A stretch of DNA of 64,000 nucleotides from an uncultured Planctomycetaceae bacterium (GTDB lineage Bacteria; Planctomycetota; Planctomycetia; Pirellulales; PALSA-1355), in the NCBI GenBank assembly GCA_963785305.1, contig CAWAUV010000007.1, forward strand, positions 1,312,001 to 1,376,000, written 5' to 3'. The translations under genes were made by a program, and so were the position numbers. The notes under the pieces were generated by a model. The model did not search any database. It saw only the letters and a list, made by a program, of their open reading frames with translations, and was not told the origin of the DNA. Shown here piece after piece: positions 11,428-21,097 of this stretch (position 1 is its first letter; each line of letters begins with the position of its first letter).

Positions 11428-14400
11428 ATGTTTCGCTTGCGATGTTGGAGAGCGGGTTGGTGTTTCGCGTTGGGATTGGCGCTGCTCGCCAACGGGGCCA
11501 ATTCGCTCTGGGCGGGCGAGAAGGAAGAGCTTTTCGCGGCGTTTGACAAGGCGACGAAGCTTGCGGCCAAAGCCGACTATGCGGCTGCGGCGGCTCAGTA
11601 CGAACGAGCGTTAGCACTCGCGCCGCGCGTGTTCGGCCCCGACGCGGAAAACACCGCGGCGATCCTTAACAACCTAGCGGCCTTGTACGACGACATGGGC
11701 CAATACGCGAAAGCCGAGCCGCTTTACCAGCGCAGCCTCAATATCCGCGAGGCCAAACTGGGACCCGATCACCCCGACGTGGCAGCCGGCCTCAACAACT
11801 TGGCGATCCTGTATAAGGCCATGGGCCAATACGCGAAAGCCGAGCCGCTTTACCAGCGCGGCCTCAAGATCCGCGAGGCCAAGCTGGGACCCGATCACCC
11901 CCTTGTGGCCGACAGCTTCAACAACTTGGCGATCCTGTATATGGCCATGGGCCAATACGCGAAAGCCGAGCCGCTTTACCAGCGCGGCCTCAAGATCAAA
12001 GAGGCCAAGCTGGGCCCCGATCACCCCCTTGTGGCCGACAGCCTCAACAACTTGGCGATCCTGTATAAGGACATGGGCCAATACGCGAAAGCCGAGCCGC
12101 TCTACCAGCGCGGCCTCAAGATTTACGAGGCCAAGCTGGGACCCGATCACCCCCTTGTGGCCGACAGCCTCAACAACTTGGCGTCCCTGTACGTCGACAC
12201 GGGCCAATACGCGAAAGCCGAGCCGCTCTACCAGCGCAGCCTCAAGATTTACGAGGCCAAGCTCGGACCCGATCACCCCCTTGTGGCCGCCAGCCTCAAC
12301 AACTTGGCGTCCCTGTACGTCGACATGGGCCAATACGCGAAAGCCGAGCCGCTCTACCAGCGCAGCCTCAAGATTTACGAGGCCAAGCTCGGACCCGATC
12401 ACCCCGATGTGGCCGCCAGCCTCAACAACTTGGCGATCCTGTACGACGACATGGGCCAATACGCGAAAGCCGAGCCGCTTTACCAGCGCGGCCTCAAGAT
12501 CCGCGAGGCCAAGCTGGGACCCGATCACCCCGACGTGGCCGCCGGCCTCAACAACTTGGCGAACCTGTACGTCCACATGAGCCAATACGCGAAAGCCGAG
12601 CCGCTTTACCAGCGCGGCCTCAAGATCAAAGAGGCCAAGCTGGGACCCGATCACGCCCTTGTGGCCGCCAGCCTCAACAACTTGGCGATCCTGTATAAGG
12701 CCATGGGCCAATACCCGAAAGCCGAGCCGCTTTACCAGCGCAGCCTCAATATCCGCGAGGCCAAGCTGGGACCCGATCACCCCCTTGTGGCCGACAGCCT
12801 CAACAACTTGGCCTGGCTCCACCAATCGCTGGGCCAATTCGACGACGCGGCCCGCGAATTTGACCTCATGCGGCGGATCGTGCGCCGGCATGTGGCCGAA
12901 GTGCTGCCGGTCTTGACCGAGCGCGAACAGCTTACGTTCATCCAGCACAACGACGAAACTTACTTCCACTGCGCGCTCTCCTTCGGCCGGCTGCATCGCG
13001 AGCAGCAGGCTCTGGCGGCCGAGTCGGCCGGTTGGCTGGTCAATGGCAAGGCGGTCGTGCAGGAATCGCTCGCCGAGCGGATGCTACTCGCCCGCGATAG
13101 CCACGATCCGGCGGTGGCCGCCAAGAGCAAGCAGCTCACCGCCCTGCGCACCGAACTAGCCGGTCTGAGCCAAACAATGCCCAAGCCGGGCCAGGAAGCC
13201 GCGCATCGCCGCAAGCTGGCCGAGCTCTCGGGCCAAGAGCAAGAACTGGCCAGGCAAGTGAATCAGGCCGTCGGTCGGCCGGTCCACGAAAACCCCTGGA
13301 TCGATCCGGCCGCCGTGCGCGGCGCCTTGGCCGCCGACGCCGTGCTGGTCGATATCGCCCGCTTCCGGCCCTATATCTTCGAGTCCAAGGGAAATGAAGA
13401 GCACTGGCGCCCCGCTCGCTACGTGGCCTGGATCACGCCGCCGGCCGGCAAGGGGAATATCGAGATCGTGGACCTGGGCGCGGCCGAGGAGATCGACGAG
13501 GCGATCGAGGCGGTCCGACAGGCAATCGAGCAGTCGGCGATGCATATCAAGCAGCCGGCCAACGACGAGGAGCCGGCCGAGCGGGCGGCCCTGGTTCCAA
13601 TCACCAAGCTGGCGGCTTTGGTGCTCGATCCGCTCAAGGTCCATCTGACCGACGCGAAGGAGCTTGTGCTCAGTCCCGACTCGAACTTGTGGCTGGTTCC
13701 CTGGGCGGCATTGCCGGTGGAGGAAGGCGAGTACGCGATCGAGCGGTGGCGGATTCGCTATGTCACCAGCGGCCGCGACTTGGTGACCGAGCAGCTTGTC
13801 AGCCAGAGCGCGCGGCGCAAGCATAGTGGCCCGCTGATCTTCGCCGATCCGGATTACAATCTCGATAGCAAGGGCTTGCTGGCGGCGACCCGCGCCGTGC
13901 TGCGCGGCAAGGAAACGCAGCTAGATTTGCGCGGCGCGGTGGGCCGCTCGGAGAGCTGGCGTTTGCGGGTGAACCGTCTGCCCGCCACGGCGACCGAGGC
14001 CCTGCTGATTACGCCGGCGCTTCGGAGCTATGCCCATGAATCGCCGACGCTTTACAGCGAGCAGTTCGCGCTCGAAGGCGTGCTCAAGTTTGTCGAGTCC
14101 CCGCAGGTGCTGGTGTTGAGCACGCACGGCTATTACCAGCCCGACCAGGAAGTGAAGCGCGACGATAAAGCGGCGGGGCTGGCCGCGGGCGACGACTTGG
14201 CCGGCGGCAAGCGTGGCGCGCTGCTGGCCAGCGACGGCCAGCCGTTGGAAAACCCGCTCTTGCGCTGCGGGCTGCTCTTGGCCGGCTGCAACAACCCGCC
14301 CACGGGCGACGTGGACGACGGTGTGGTGACCGGCATGGAGATCGTGGGCTGCGATCTGCGCGGGGCCGAGCTCGTGGTGCTGAGCGCCTGCCAGACCGGC

Positions 14401-14670
14401 CTGGGCGATGTGCGCAACGGCGAAGGCGTCGCCGGGCTGCGGCAAGCGTTTCAGTTGGCCGGAGCGCGGGCCGTGGTTTCGACACTCTGGCGGATTCCCG
14501 ACACCGAGTCGGCCAAACTGATGGGTGATTTTTTCAACAACTTGGCGGCCGGCCAGCCGAAAGTCGCGGCCCTGGCCAACGCCCAACTCGCGGCGATCAA
14601 GGCGCGCCGGCAGACGCGCGAGGCCGCCCACCCTTATTTTTGGGCGGCGTTTACGATCACGGGGAATTAG
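11428..14670 (+). CDS. Secreted TPR-CHAT protease 2 with nine near-identical 42-aa TPRs
   Basis: GGAGG RBS, ATG 11428, signal peptide (WCFALGLALLANGANSLWA); LSTHG and VLSACQTG dyad; HPYFWAAF end; uninterrupted ORF. Confidence 0.93.
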   Translation: MFRLRCWRAGWCFALGLALLANGANSLWAGEKEELFAAFDKATKLAAKADYAAAAAQYERALALAPRVFGPDAENTAAILNNLAALYDDMGQYAKAEPLYQRSLNIREAKLGPDHPDVAAGLNNLAILYKAMGQYAKAEPLYQRGLKIREAKLGPDHPLVADSFNNLAILYMAMGQYAKAEPLYQRGLKIKEAKLGPDHPLVADSLNNLAILYKDMGQYAKAEPLYQRGLKIYEAKLGPDHPLVADSLNNLASLYVDTGQYAKAEPLYQRSLKIYEAKLGPDHPLVAASLNNLASLYVDMGQYAKAEPLYQRSLKIYEAKLGPDHPDVAASLNNLAILYDDMGQYAKAEPLYQRGLKIREAKLGPDHPDVAAGLNNLANLYVHMSQYAKAEPLYQRGLKIKEAKLGPDHALVAASLNNLAILYKAMGQYPKAEPLYQRSLNIREAKLGPDHPLVADSLNNLAWLHQSLGQFDDAAREFDLMRRIVRRHVAEVLPVLTEREQLTFIQHNDETYFHCALSFGRLHREQQALAAESAGWLVNGKAVVQESLAERMLLARDSHDPAVAAKSKQLTALRTELAGLSQTMPKPGQEAAHRRKLAELSGQEQELARQVNQAVGRPVHENPWIDPAAVRGALAADAVLVDIARFRPYIFESKGNEEHWRPARYVAWITPPAGKGNIEIVDLGAAEEIDEAIEAVRQAIEQSAMHIKQPANDEEPAERAALVPITKLAALVLDPLKVHLTDAKELVLSPDSNLWLVPWAALPVEEGEYAIERWRIRYVTSGRDLVTEQLVSQSARRKHSGPLIFADPDYNLDSKGLLAATRAVLRGKETQLDLRGAVGRSESWRLRVNRLPATATEALLITPALRSYAHESPTLYSEQFALEGVLKFVESPQVLVLSTHGYYQPDQEVKRDDKAAGLAAGDDLAGGKRGALLASDGQPLENPLLRCGLLLAGCNNPPTGDVDDGVVTGMEIVGCDLRGAELVVLSACQTGLGDVRNGEGVAGLRQAFQLAGARAVVSTLWRIPDTESAKLMGDFFNNLAAGQPKVAALANAQLAAIKARRQTREAAHPYFWAAFTITGN
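11668..12801 (+). repeat. Tandem array of 9 x 126-bp coding repeats (kinesin-light-chain-type TPR)
   Basis: Unit NNLAxLYxxMGQYAKAEPLYQRxLxIxEAKLGPDHPxVAxxL; AAC AAC recurs at 11668 + n x 126 up to 12802. Confidence 0.97.
14329..14654 (+). repeat. 326-bp near-identical repeat, copy B (CHAT2 catalytic C-terminus)
   Basis: Matches 9187-9512. Confidence 0.92.
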
Positions 14671-14849
14671 GAGCGGCGGGCAGCGAGGATTTCTTAACGC
14701 GGTGGCCCCGCAGGTCGCCCCGGCGTCGGTTTTTCGTCGCTTTGAGAAGTAGCGGTTCGCGCGTCGTTCGTAAAAGCGGCGGAATTAAATACCAGCGGGT
14801 CGGCTCTTAGGAAAATCCATTCGGGCACGAAGACGCCGAGGAGCATCTC

Positions 14850-17711
14850 ATGTCGACCAAATCGTCGTTCCGATTCGCGCGAGCGTTCGCGTTCGCGGTG
14901 ATCCTCGCGATTCTCGCGCTGGCCCCGTCAAGTTTCGCGATTGCGCAAGATTGGCCGGAAAAGCTCCGCGACCTTGTCAATCAAGCCACCAATCTCCGTG
15001 GCCATGGCGAGTTTCAAAAAGCGCTCGAGGTCTTCGACCAAGCGTATCAAATGTCGAGCCGTTTGAATGGCCTCAGCGCCATGACCCAGGGCATCCAGGG
15101 CGAAATCGGCTCGGTTTATATGCTGATGGGCGACTACGCGCGGGCCGAGGAATTCGTCGATCGCACGATCAAGTATTGCGAAGCGAACTTGGCGCCGCGG
15201 GGCGAAATGTTCCTGCTCAGCGTCGAGCTCATTTATCTCGCGCGGATTTATATGGAAACAAGTCGCGAGGTTCAAGCGGAGCCTTTACTGCTGCGTTCCC
15301 TGAAAATCCGGCAGGCCATGCTCGGCGCCAACGACGTGAACCTGTCCACCGCGCTCGGTTGCCTCGGCGACCTTTACTTGCGCTTGCATCAATACGCCAA
15401 GGCGGAAAGCGCGTTCGAGCGCTGCCTCACGATCCGGGAGGCTTCGCTCGGACGCGATCATGTGGGGGTCGCCGAGTGCCTCGGTTCGCTCGCCAACGCG
15501 CGAAGGAGCCTCGAGAAATTCGATCAGGCCGAGGCCGACTACCAGCGCGCGATCAAGATCATCGAAACCAACCTCGGCCCCGATCATTTTGAGTTGGCGA
15601 CACTCTATATGAACCTAAGCGAGCTGCTGTTTCTCACCGGCCGCGTCGACGACGCTTTCGCCATGATGGATCGCAGCGCGAGCATCGCCGAGAAATCGCT
15701 GGGCCCGCGACATCCCAGCGTCGCGGATATCCTGACCGCCCAGGCGCTGGATAGTCTGAAGCGTCCGTGGCTCAATCTGCCGCTCGCGGAGCGGCGGCTG
15801 GCTCAGGCGCTGGAGATTCGCCAAGCGATCTTCGGCCCCGATTCGCCGAAAACCGCGCAAACGCTGGTCCTCCAAGCGATCGTTGCTTGGAAAAAGAACG
15901 ATATCGAGCAGGCCGCCGAGCTCTTCGATCGCACTCGCCACATCACGCGCCGCCACGAAGGCACGGTGCTGCCGGGACTGAGCGAGCAGCAACAACTGCG
16001 GTTCCTGACGGGCGACGAATTTGATTTTGGTTCCGTGCTCACGATCGGCGCCATGAAGCCGAGCGCCATGTCCTACGCTTGGCTGCTCAATCGCAAGGGG
16101 ATTTCGCGACAGATTCTGGCCGAGCGAGCGCTGCTGGCTCGCGATAGCATCGATCCGGCGTTGGCCGGGGCGGTGAAGGACTTGGCGGCGCTGCGAAAGC
16201 AGCTCGCCGAACTGAGTCTCGCGCAGCCAAGCCCGGCGGAAGCGGCCGCCCACCAGAAGCGCATCACCGTACTGGCCGATCAAGAGGAAGAGCTGACCCG
16301 CCAGATTAATGCTCGCGCCAGTCGTTCGTCGCATGCCAGCCAGTGGATGGAAACATCCGCCGTGCAAGCGGCGCTGGCCAAGAACGCGGTGTTGATCGAC
16401 ATCGTGCGCTACCGGCCGCAAGACGTGACTCACTTCCTCGAACAACAAGGATATCTGCCGGCTCGCTATGTGGCGTGGATCATTCCTCCGGCTCCGGTCG
16501 GCGAACAGGCGGCGCAAGCGATTCAAGTCGTCGACCTGGGCGACGCGGCCGCTATCGACGCCGAAGTGGCCAAGGCTCGCAAAGCGATCGAGAAAACCGC
16601 CAGTGGCCTAAAAAAGCCCGACGACGAGCACGACGCCGAACAACGCGCGCTCGAGCCGCTACGAGCCTTGTCGACGCTACTGCTGAAACCGCTGGAGCCG
16701 CATTTGGCGGGCATCAACCAATTGGTGCTCTCGCCCGACTCGACCCTTTGGCTGGTTCCCTGGTCGGCGCTTCCGGTCGACGACGAACACTACGCCTTGG
16801 AGCGTTGGCAGATCCGGTTCGTCACCAGCGGTCGCGATCTGGCGGCCGAACAGAACGACGCGGCGAATGGGCCGACAAGTCTCACCAGTCCCTGCGTATT
16901 CGCCGATCCCGACTACGATCTCAACGGACAGGGCGCCATCGCGGCTACCCGGGCCGTGACCCGCGGCAAGGAAATCGCGATCGCAACGCGGGGCTTCACT
17001 CGCTCGTCAAGCGGCTTGGCCAAGGCGCCGCGGCTTCCCGGCACGGCCGTCGAGGCCGATCTCATCGCCCCGGCGCTGGAGGCGTATGCACGCGCCAAGC
17101 CGCTGGTCTATAAAAATGAATACGGGTTGGAAGGCGTGCTGAAGCTCGTGCATTCGCCGAGCGTGCTCTCGCTCAGCACGCATGGTTATTATCTGCCCGA
17201 TCAGGAACCGGCTGGTCAAGATCCAGCGGGCCAACTCGCGTCGGGCCAGCCGCGACCGGCGCTTTCATCGAGCGGCGGTCCGCTGGAGAATCCCCTGCTC
17301 CGCTGCGGCTTGCTTCTGGCCGGCTGCAACCAACGGCAAACGAATCCCAATTATGATGACGGAGTGCTCACCGGCATGGAGATCGTGAGCTGCGACTTGC
17401 GCGGCACGGAGCTCGTGGTTCTCGGCGCGTGCCAGACCGGCCTCGGCGATGTGCGCGATGGCGAAGGCGTCGCGGGGTTGCGGCAAGCGTTTCAATTGGC
17501 CGGCGCCAAGGCCGTGGTCTCGACGCTTTGGCGTATTCCAGACGCGGCGACCGCCCAGTTGATGGGTGATTTTTTCAAGAACCTCGCCGCTGGTCAGTCA
17601 AAAACCGCGGCCCTGGCCAACGCCCAGCTCGCGGCGATCAAGGACCGCCGGCAGACGCGCGAGGCCGCGCATCCGTATTTTTGGGCCGCATTTACCCTCA
17701 CCGGCAATTAA
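14850..17711 (+). CDS. Secreted TPR-CHAT protease 3
   Basis: GAGGAG RBS; signal peptide (FAFAVILAILALAPSSFAIA-QD); degenerate TPRs; LSTHG, VLGACQTG, HPYFWAAF; closest to CHAT1 over most of its length. Confidence 0.93.
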   Translation: MSTKSSFRFARAFAFAVILAILALAPSSFAIAQDWPEKLRDLVNQATNLRGHGEFQKALEVFDQAYQMSSRLNGLSAMTQGIQGEIGSVYMLMGDYARAEEFVDRTIKYCEANLAPRGEMFLLSVELIYLARIYMETSREVQAEPLLLRSLKIRQAMLGANDVNLSTALGCLGDLYLRLHQYAKAESAFERCLTIREASLGRDHVGVAECLGSLANARRSLEKFDQAEADYQRAIKIIETNLGPDHFELATLYMNLSELLFLTGRVDDAFAMMDRSASIAEKSLGPRHPSVADILTAQALDSLKRPWLNLPLAERRLAQALEIRQAIFGPDSPKTAQTLVLQAIVAWKKNDIEQAAELFDRTRHITRRHEGTVLPGLSEQQQLRFLTGDEFDFGSVLTIGAMKPSAMSYAWLLNRKGISRQILAERALLARDSIDPALAGAVKDLAALRKQLAELSLAQPSPAEAAAHQKRITVLADQEEELTRQINARASRSSHASQWMETSAVQAALAKNAVLIDIVRYRPQDVTHFLEQQGYLPARYVAWIIPPAPVGEQAAQAIQVVDLGDAAAIDAEVAKARKAIEKTASGLKKPDDEHDAEQRALEPLRALSTLLLKPLEPHLAGINQLVLSPDSTLWLVPWSALPVDDEHYALERWQIRFVTSGRDLAAEQNDAANGPTSLTSPCVFADPDYDLNGQGAIAATRAVTRGKEIAIATRGFTRSSSGLAKAPRLPGTAVEADLIAPALEAYARAKPLVYKNEYGLEGVLKLVHSPSVLSLSTHGYYLPDQEPAGQDPAGQLASGQPRPALSSSGGPLENPLLRCGLLLAGCNQRQTNPNYDDGVLTGMEIVSCDLRGTELVVLGACQTGLGDVRDGEGVAGLRQAFQLAGAKAVVSTLWRIPDAATAQLMGDFFKNLAAGQSKTAALANAQLAAIKDRRQTREAAHPYFWAAFTLTGN

Positions 17712-17999
17712 AATTTTGTTTGTCGATCATCAGGTATCCGCTCGTCCGGTTCTTCCCGTCGCGTGCGGGGGGCATGACCGACCGATGGCCGCTACCACCC
17801 CCAACCCGGGGGGGCAGGACTTTGGAACAGAAAAATCTTCCCGCCGCGGCGCCCCGAACTCCCGCCGCGGGCCGCTTAGTAAATTGGCCGACGCCTCGCC
17901 CGCGAAGGGCGCCCCCGGTCAGCCGACCCGGAAGCAAGAACAGCGTTCGAGCCGTCAGGGCGAAAACTAACCAACCCACTTGATCGAGGAGCGACTTCC

Positions 18000-20086
18000 A
18001 TGAACTACATGCGACATCAACATGGCCGGGGCGTTCGGCGCCAAAAGTTCGCGCCGGTTGTTTGGCTGGCGCTGGCGCTCGCGCGACCGGCGGCTTGGCG
18101 CAGCTTTCCGCCACATCGTCTTACGCCGCCGATGAGAAGCCCAACCAACAATGGGCGATCCTGATCGGCATCGAACACTACGAGAAAGCGAACCCGCTGG
18201 TGTTCACCATCAACGACGTGTCGCGGCTCGCCGACACCCTGCGGATGCGCGGTGGATATCGCCGCGACAACATGCTCGAGCTTCGCGACGACGCCGTGAA
18301 GGCGGCCCTGGCGCCGAACAAAACCAACATCATGGACGCATTGTCGAGCTTCCTGCAAAAGCCGGGTCCCAACGACACGGTGCTGGTGTTTTTCAGCGGA
18401 CACGGCTTCCGCGACAAGGAAAACAAAATGTATCTGGCGCCGATCGACTGCGATCCCGCCAACGCCGCGGCGACCGGTATTCCCGTCGCCTGGTTCCGCG
18501 ATCAAATCGCGGCCTGCAAGGCGAACTTCAAACTGCTTGTGCTCGACGCGTGCCACGCTGGCTCGGAAAAAGGCGAGGGCCCGGCTGAAAACATGGGGGC
18601 CAAGGACCTGGAATCCTTCCGCGATCTCGAGGGCGTGGTAACGATCGCCAGTTCGACAGCCGATCAGAAGAGCCAAATCTGGGACGACAAGCAACAGTCG
18701 CTGTTCAGCTATTGGCTCAACGAGGGACTCAAGGGCCATGCCGACTCCGACGGCAACGGCGAAGTGGATATCGACGAGCTCAACAAATACGTGCATCGCA
18801 ATGTGACCGCCACGGCCAAACGCCGCTTTCCGCGCCCACAAACCCCGGTGCGAATCGTGCGCACCGGATCGCCGGGTTCGCCGGTCGTGCTGCGTCTGAA
18901 GCCGCAGCCGCTCAAGCAGGTGCTCAATGACATGGCCGGCCAATTGGCCGATGCGATGGAAGAAAACAAGTTGGGCCGGGTCGGCGTGCTCGAATTCACG
19001 AATGAGACCAAGCTCGGCGAACTGCTCGGCGCCGATTTCGGCCTCCTCGGACGCTACTGCGCCGAGGAACTCGAACACCGCCTGGTCGACCAAGGCGACC
19101 ATCGCTTCGGAGTGCTCGACCAGCGCAGGCTCCAGCAAGCGCTGCGGGCTCAAAAGTTCACGCTCGCCGATCTCGGTTCGGGCGATTCGCTGAAGCTCCT
19201 CGCCAGCAAAACCGGCAGTTTGCCCGCGATCGCCCAAGGCACGCTCCGCAGCCGCAAGGGACGCGTCGTGACCCTGCAATGCAAGTTGCTGCAAACCGAC
19301 AGCGACGATTTGGCCGGCGCCGTCGGCGGTTCGGCGGTGCTCGACGAATCGGAATGGGCGATGCTCGGCAAGAGCGCGTCGCTCGTGTCGGAAGCTCGCA
19401 AGCCGGCCCAGCCGGATCCGCTGGAAACGCCGGAACAGCACGACGCCGCCGTCGTGCATGAACTGGACGAAGCCGCCCAGGGACCGCATCCGCTGGCCGA
19501 TCCCAAGTTCCCCTTCCGCGTGAGGTTCCTTGTCAACGGCAAGGAACGCAAGGGCGTGTTCAAGGGCAACGATTACTTTATCCCGGTCCGCAAGGGCGAA
19601 ATCTATGAACTGGGCATCGATAACAACAGCAACAACCCGGCGATGATGCGTCTGCTCGTCGATGGGCTCAACACGTTGCCCGAGCGGGAAAAAACGAAGG
19701 GCATCGAGACCTGGCTCATCGGCAAACGCGTCAACCTCTCCGAGGCCCGCGCTTCGGCGATCGAAGCTCAAAAGAAATATCTTGTCCGCGGCTGGGTAAC
19801 CCAAACCGGCGCCAACGGCAAGATGGACCAATTCGTGATCGAAGACGCCGATAAATCGCTGGCCGCCCGACAGAATTTCAGCGAGAATATCGGGCTCATT
19901 ACCGTGGCCTTCTACGAGAGGCAGATGGACTACTCCCGCGGCACGACGGGCTCCATGTTCGGCACGGGTCGCGGGCAAGAGCTTTCGGGCAACCTGCAAG
20001 AGGTCAATGCCCGCTGCGGCGAGTTGCTCGGCGTGGTCAATATCCGCTATGTCGACGCCGACACGTTCTCAGGACAGCAGAACTAG
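18000..20086 (+). CDS. Secreted C14 caspase-like peptidase 2 with FlgO/CsgG-like middle domain and C-terminal beta domain (frameshift near 18080)
   Basis: GAGGAG RBS then ATG 18000 (MNYMRHQHGRGVRRQKFAPVVWLALAL); WAILIGI, FFSGHG, VLDACHAG; middle segment RVGVLEF...AEELEHRL...VLDQRRLQQAL. Confidence 0.88.
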
Positions 20087-20093
20087 TCGACGC

Positions 20094-20128
20094 CTAGCAG
20101 CCTGTTGAATATTTAAACAGGCCGCTAG
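20094..20128. repeat. 35-bp CTAG-flanked palindromic element (REP/MITE-like), copy 1
   Basis: CTAG-CAGCCTGTTGAATATTTAAACAGGCCG-CTAG; related copies at 56141-56175 and 51096-51122. Confidence 0.75.
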
Positions 20129-20173
20129 GAAACATGGAACCGAACCTCGCCTGGAATCGGCGAAGACCAAGTT

Positions 20174-20221
20174 AAGCGGCCAGACTCGCGATTGTGCGTG
20201 AGTCTGGCCGCTTTCGTTTTT
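20174..20221 (+). terminator. Intrinsic terminator between convergent caspase 2 and ECF genes
   Basis: 14-bp stem AAGCGGCCAGACTC/GAGTCTGGCCGCTT followed by TCGTTTTT. Confidence 0.75.
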
Positions 20222-20294
20222 AGCTCGACAGGGATCGAAGCACTGGCGCCCTTCGTCGCCGATGCCGATTCTCACTTCGCGCGATGGCTGACGG

Positions 20295-20938
20295 TTAAAA
20301 ATCCGGCAGCGTGTGTTGCAAGAGCTCGAAGAGCTTGAGCCGCGCCGAGCGCCAGCGGCGCTTGACGGTGCTCGGATCCACTTCCAGAATCGCGGCCGCG
20401 TCTTCTTGCGTCATCTCGTGGTAAAAGAGCAGATCGACGACCTGCCGCTCTTTTTCCGGCAGTTCGTTCACCACGCGATGAAACTCGGTCCACTGGGCCA
20501 GCCGCCGCGGCTCCAAGGTCGCGTCGCCGCTTTCGTGCATGGCGCCGTGTTGCGAATCGTCGGACGCGAATCCTGTCATGGCATGGGCCGGCGAACGATC
20601 GGGCGCGCGCTGCTCGCCCCGCGCGTCGTCGCGACGTCCGTAGTAGTGGCGAGCTAGGTCCTGGAGCTCTTGGCGGATCTTGAGCGCGGCGAGTCCGAAG
20701 AATTCCGGCGGCGAGCTCGGCGACACCTGCTCGAGGGCGCGATGCAGTCGCATCACGGCGTTTTGGGAAATGTCGGCGGTCTCTTCCCAATTGCGCAGGC
20801 GGTTATAATCGTCGAGCATCTTGCGGGTCAGCAGCGTCAGCCGCCGGCAGGCAAGCGCGACGAGCTCGTCTCGCGCCGCGGCGTCGCCGCGCGCGAGCGC
20901 TCGAGGCACATTCGGATGGCGACCGTGGTATCGTTCAT
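20295..20938 (-). CDS. ECF-type sigma-70 factor, planctomycete kinase-associated type (frameshift near 20895)
   Basis: GDAAARDELV...WEETADISQNAVMRL...DLAR; region 4 LPEKERQVVDLLFYHEMTQEDAAAILEVDPSTVKRRWRSAR; likely start ATG 20938 (MNDTTVAIR). Confidence 0.9.
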
Positions 20939-21097
20939 GGAGCTGCCACGCGCGTCGCCGCGCCCTTGGAATTCACGCGACTCTCGATCCACGCCCCCGA
21001 ATGTTTGAATTCGCGGTTATTATAAAGCGCCGGTCGCCGCTGTCCAACGGCCGGCCCCCGGCTGCCTCGAACTTTATCCTCGGCGTTTCGGCGCCCC

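Noticed and set aside
11668..12801. CRISPR array
   Set aside because: Units are contiguous in-frame 126-bp coding repeats without unique spacers; no cas genes seen.
9187..14654. DGR template/variable repeat pair (both mismatches are A vs G)
   Set aside because: Only two transitions, both copies encode conserved catalytic cores, and no reverse transcriptase or Avd gene is in the window.
6728..17711. Craspase (type III-E) or SAVED-CHAT locus
   Set aside because: No Cas7-11, Cas10, SAVED domain or array recognised, and the CHAT proteins carry signal peptides.
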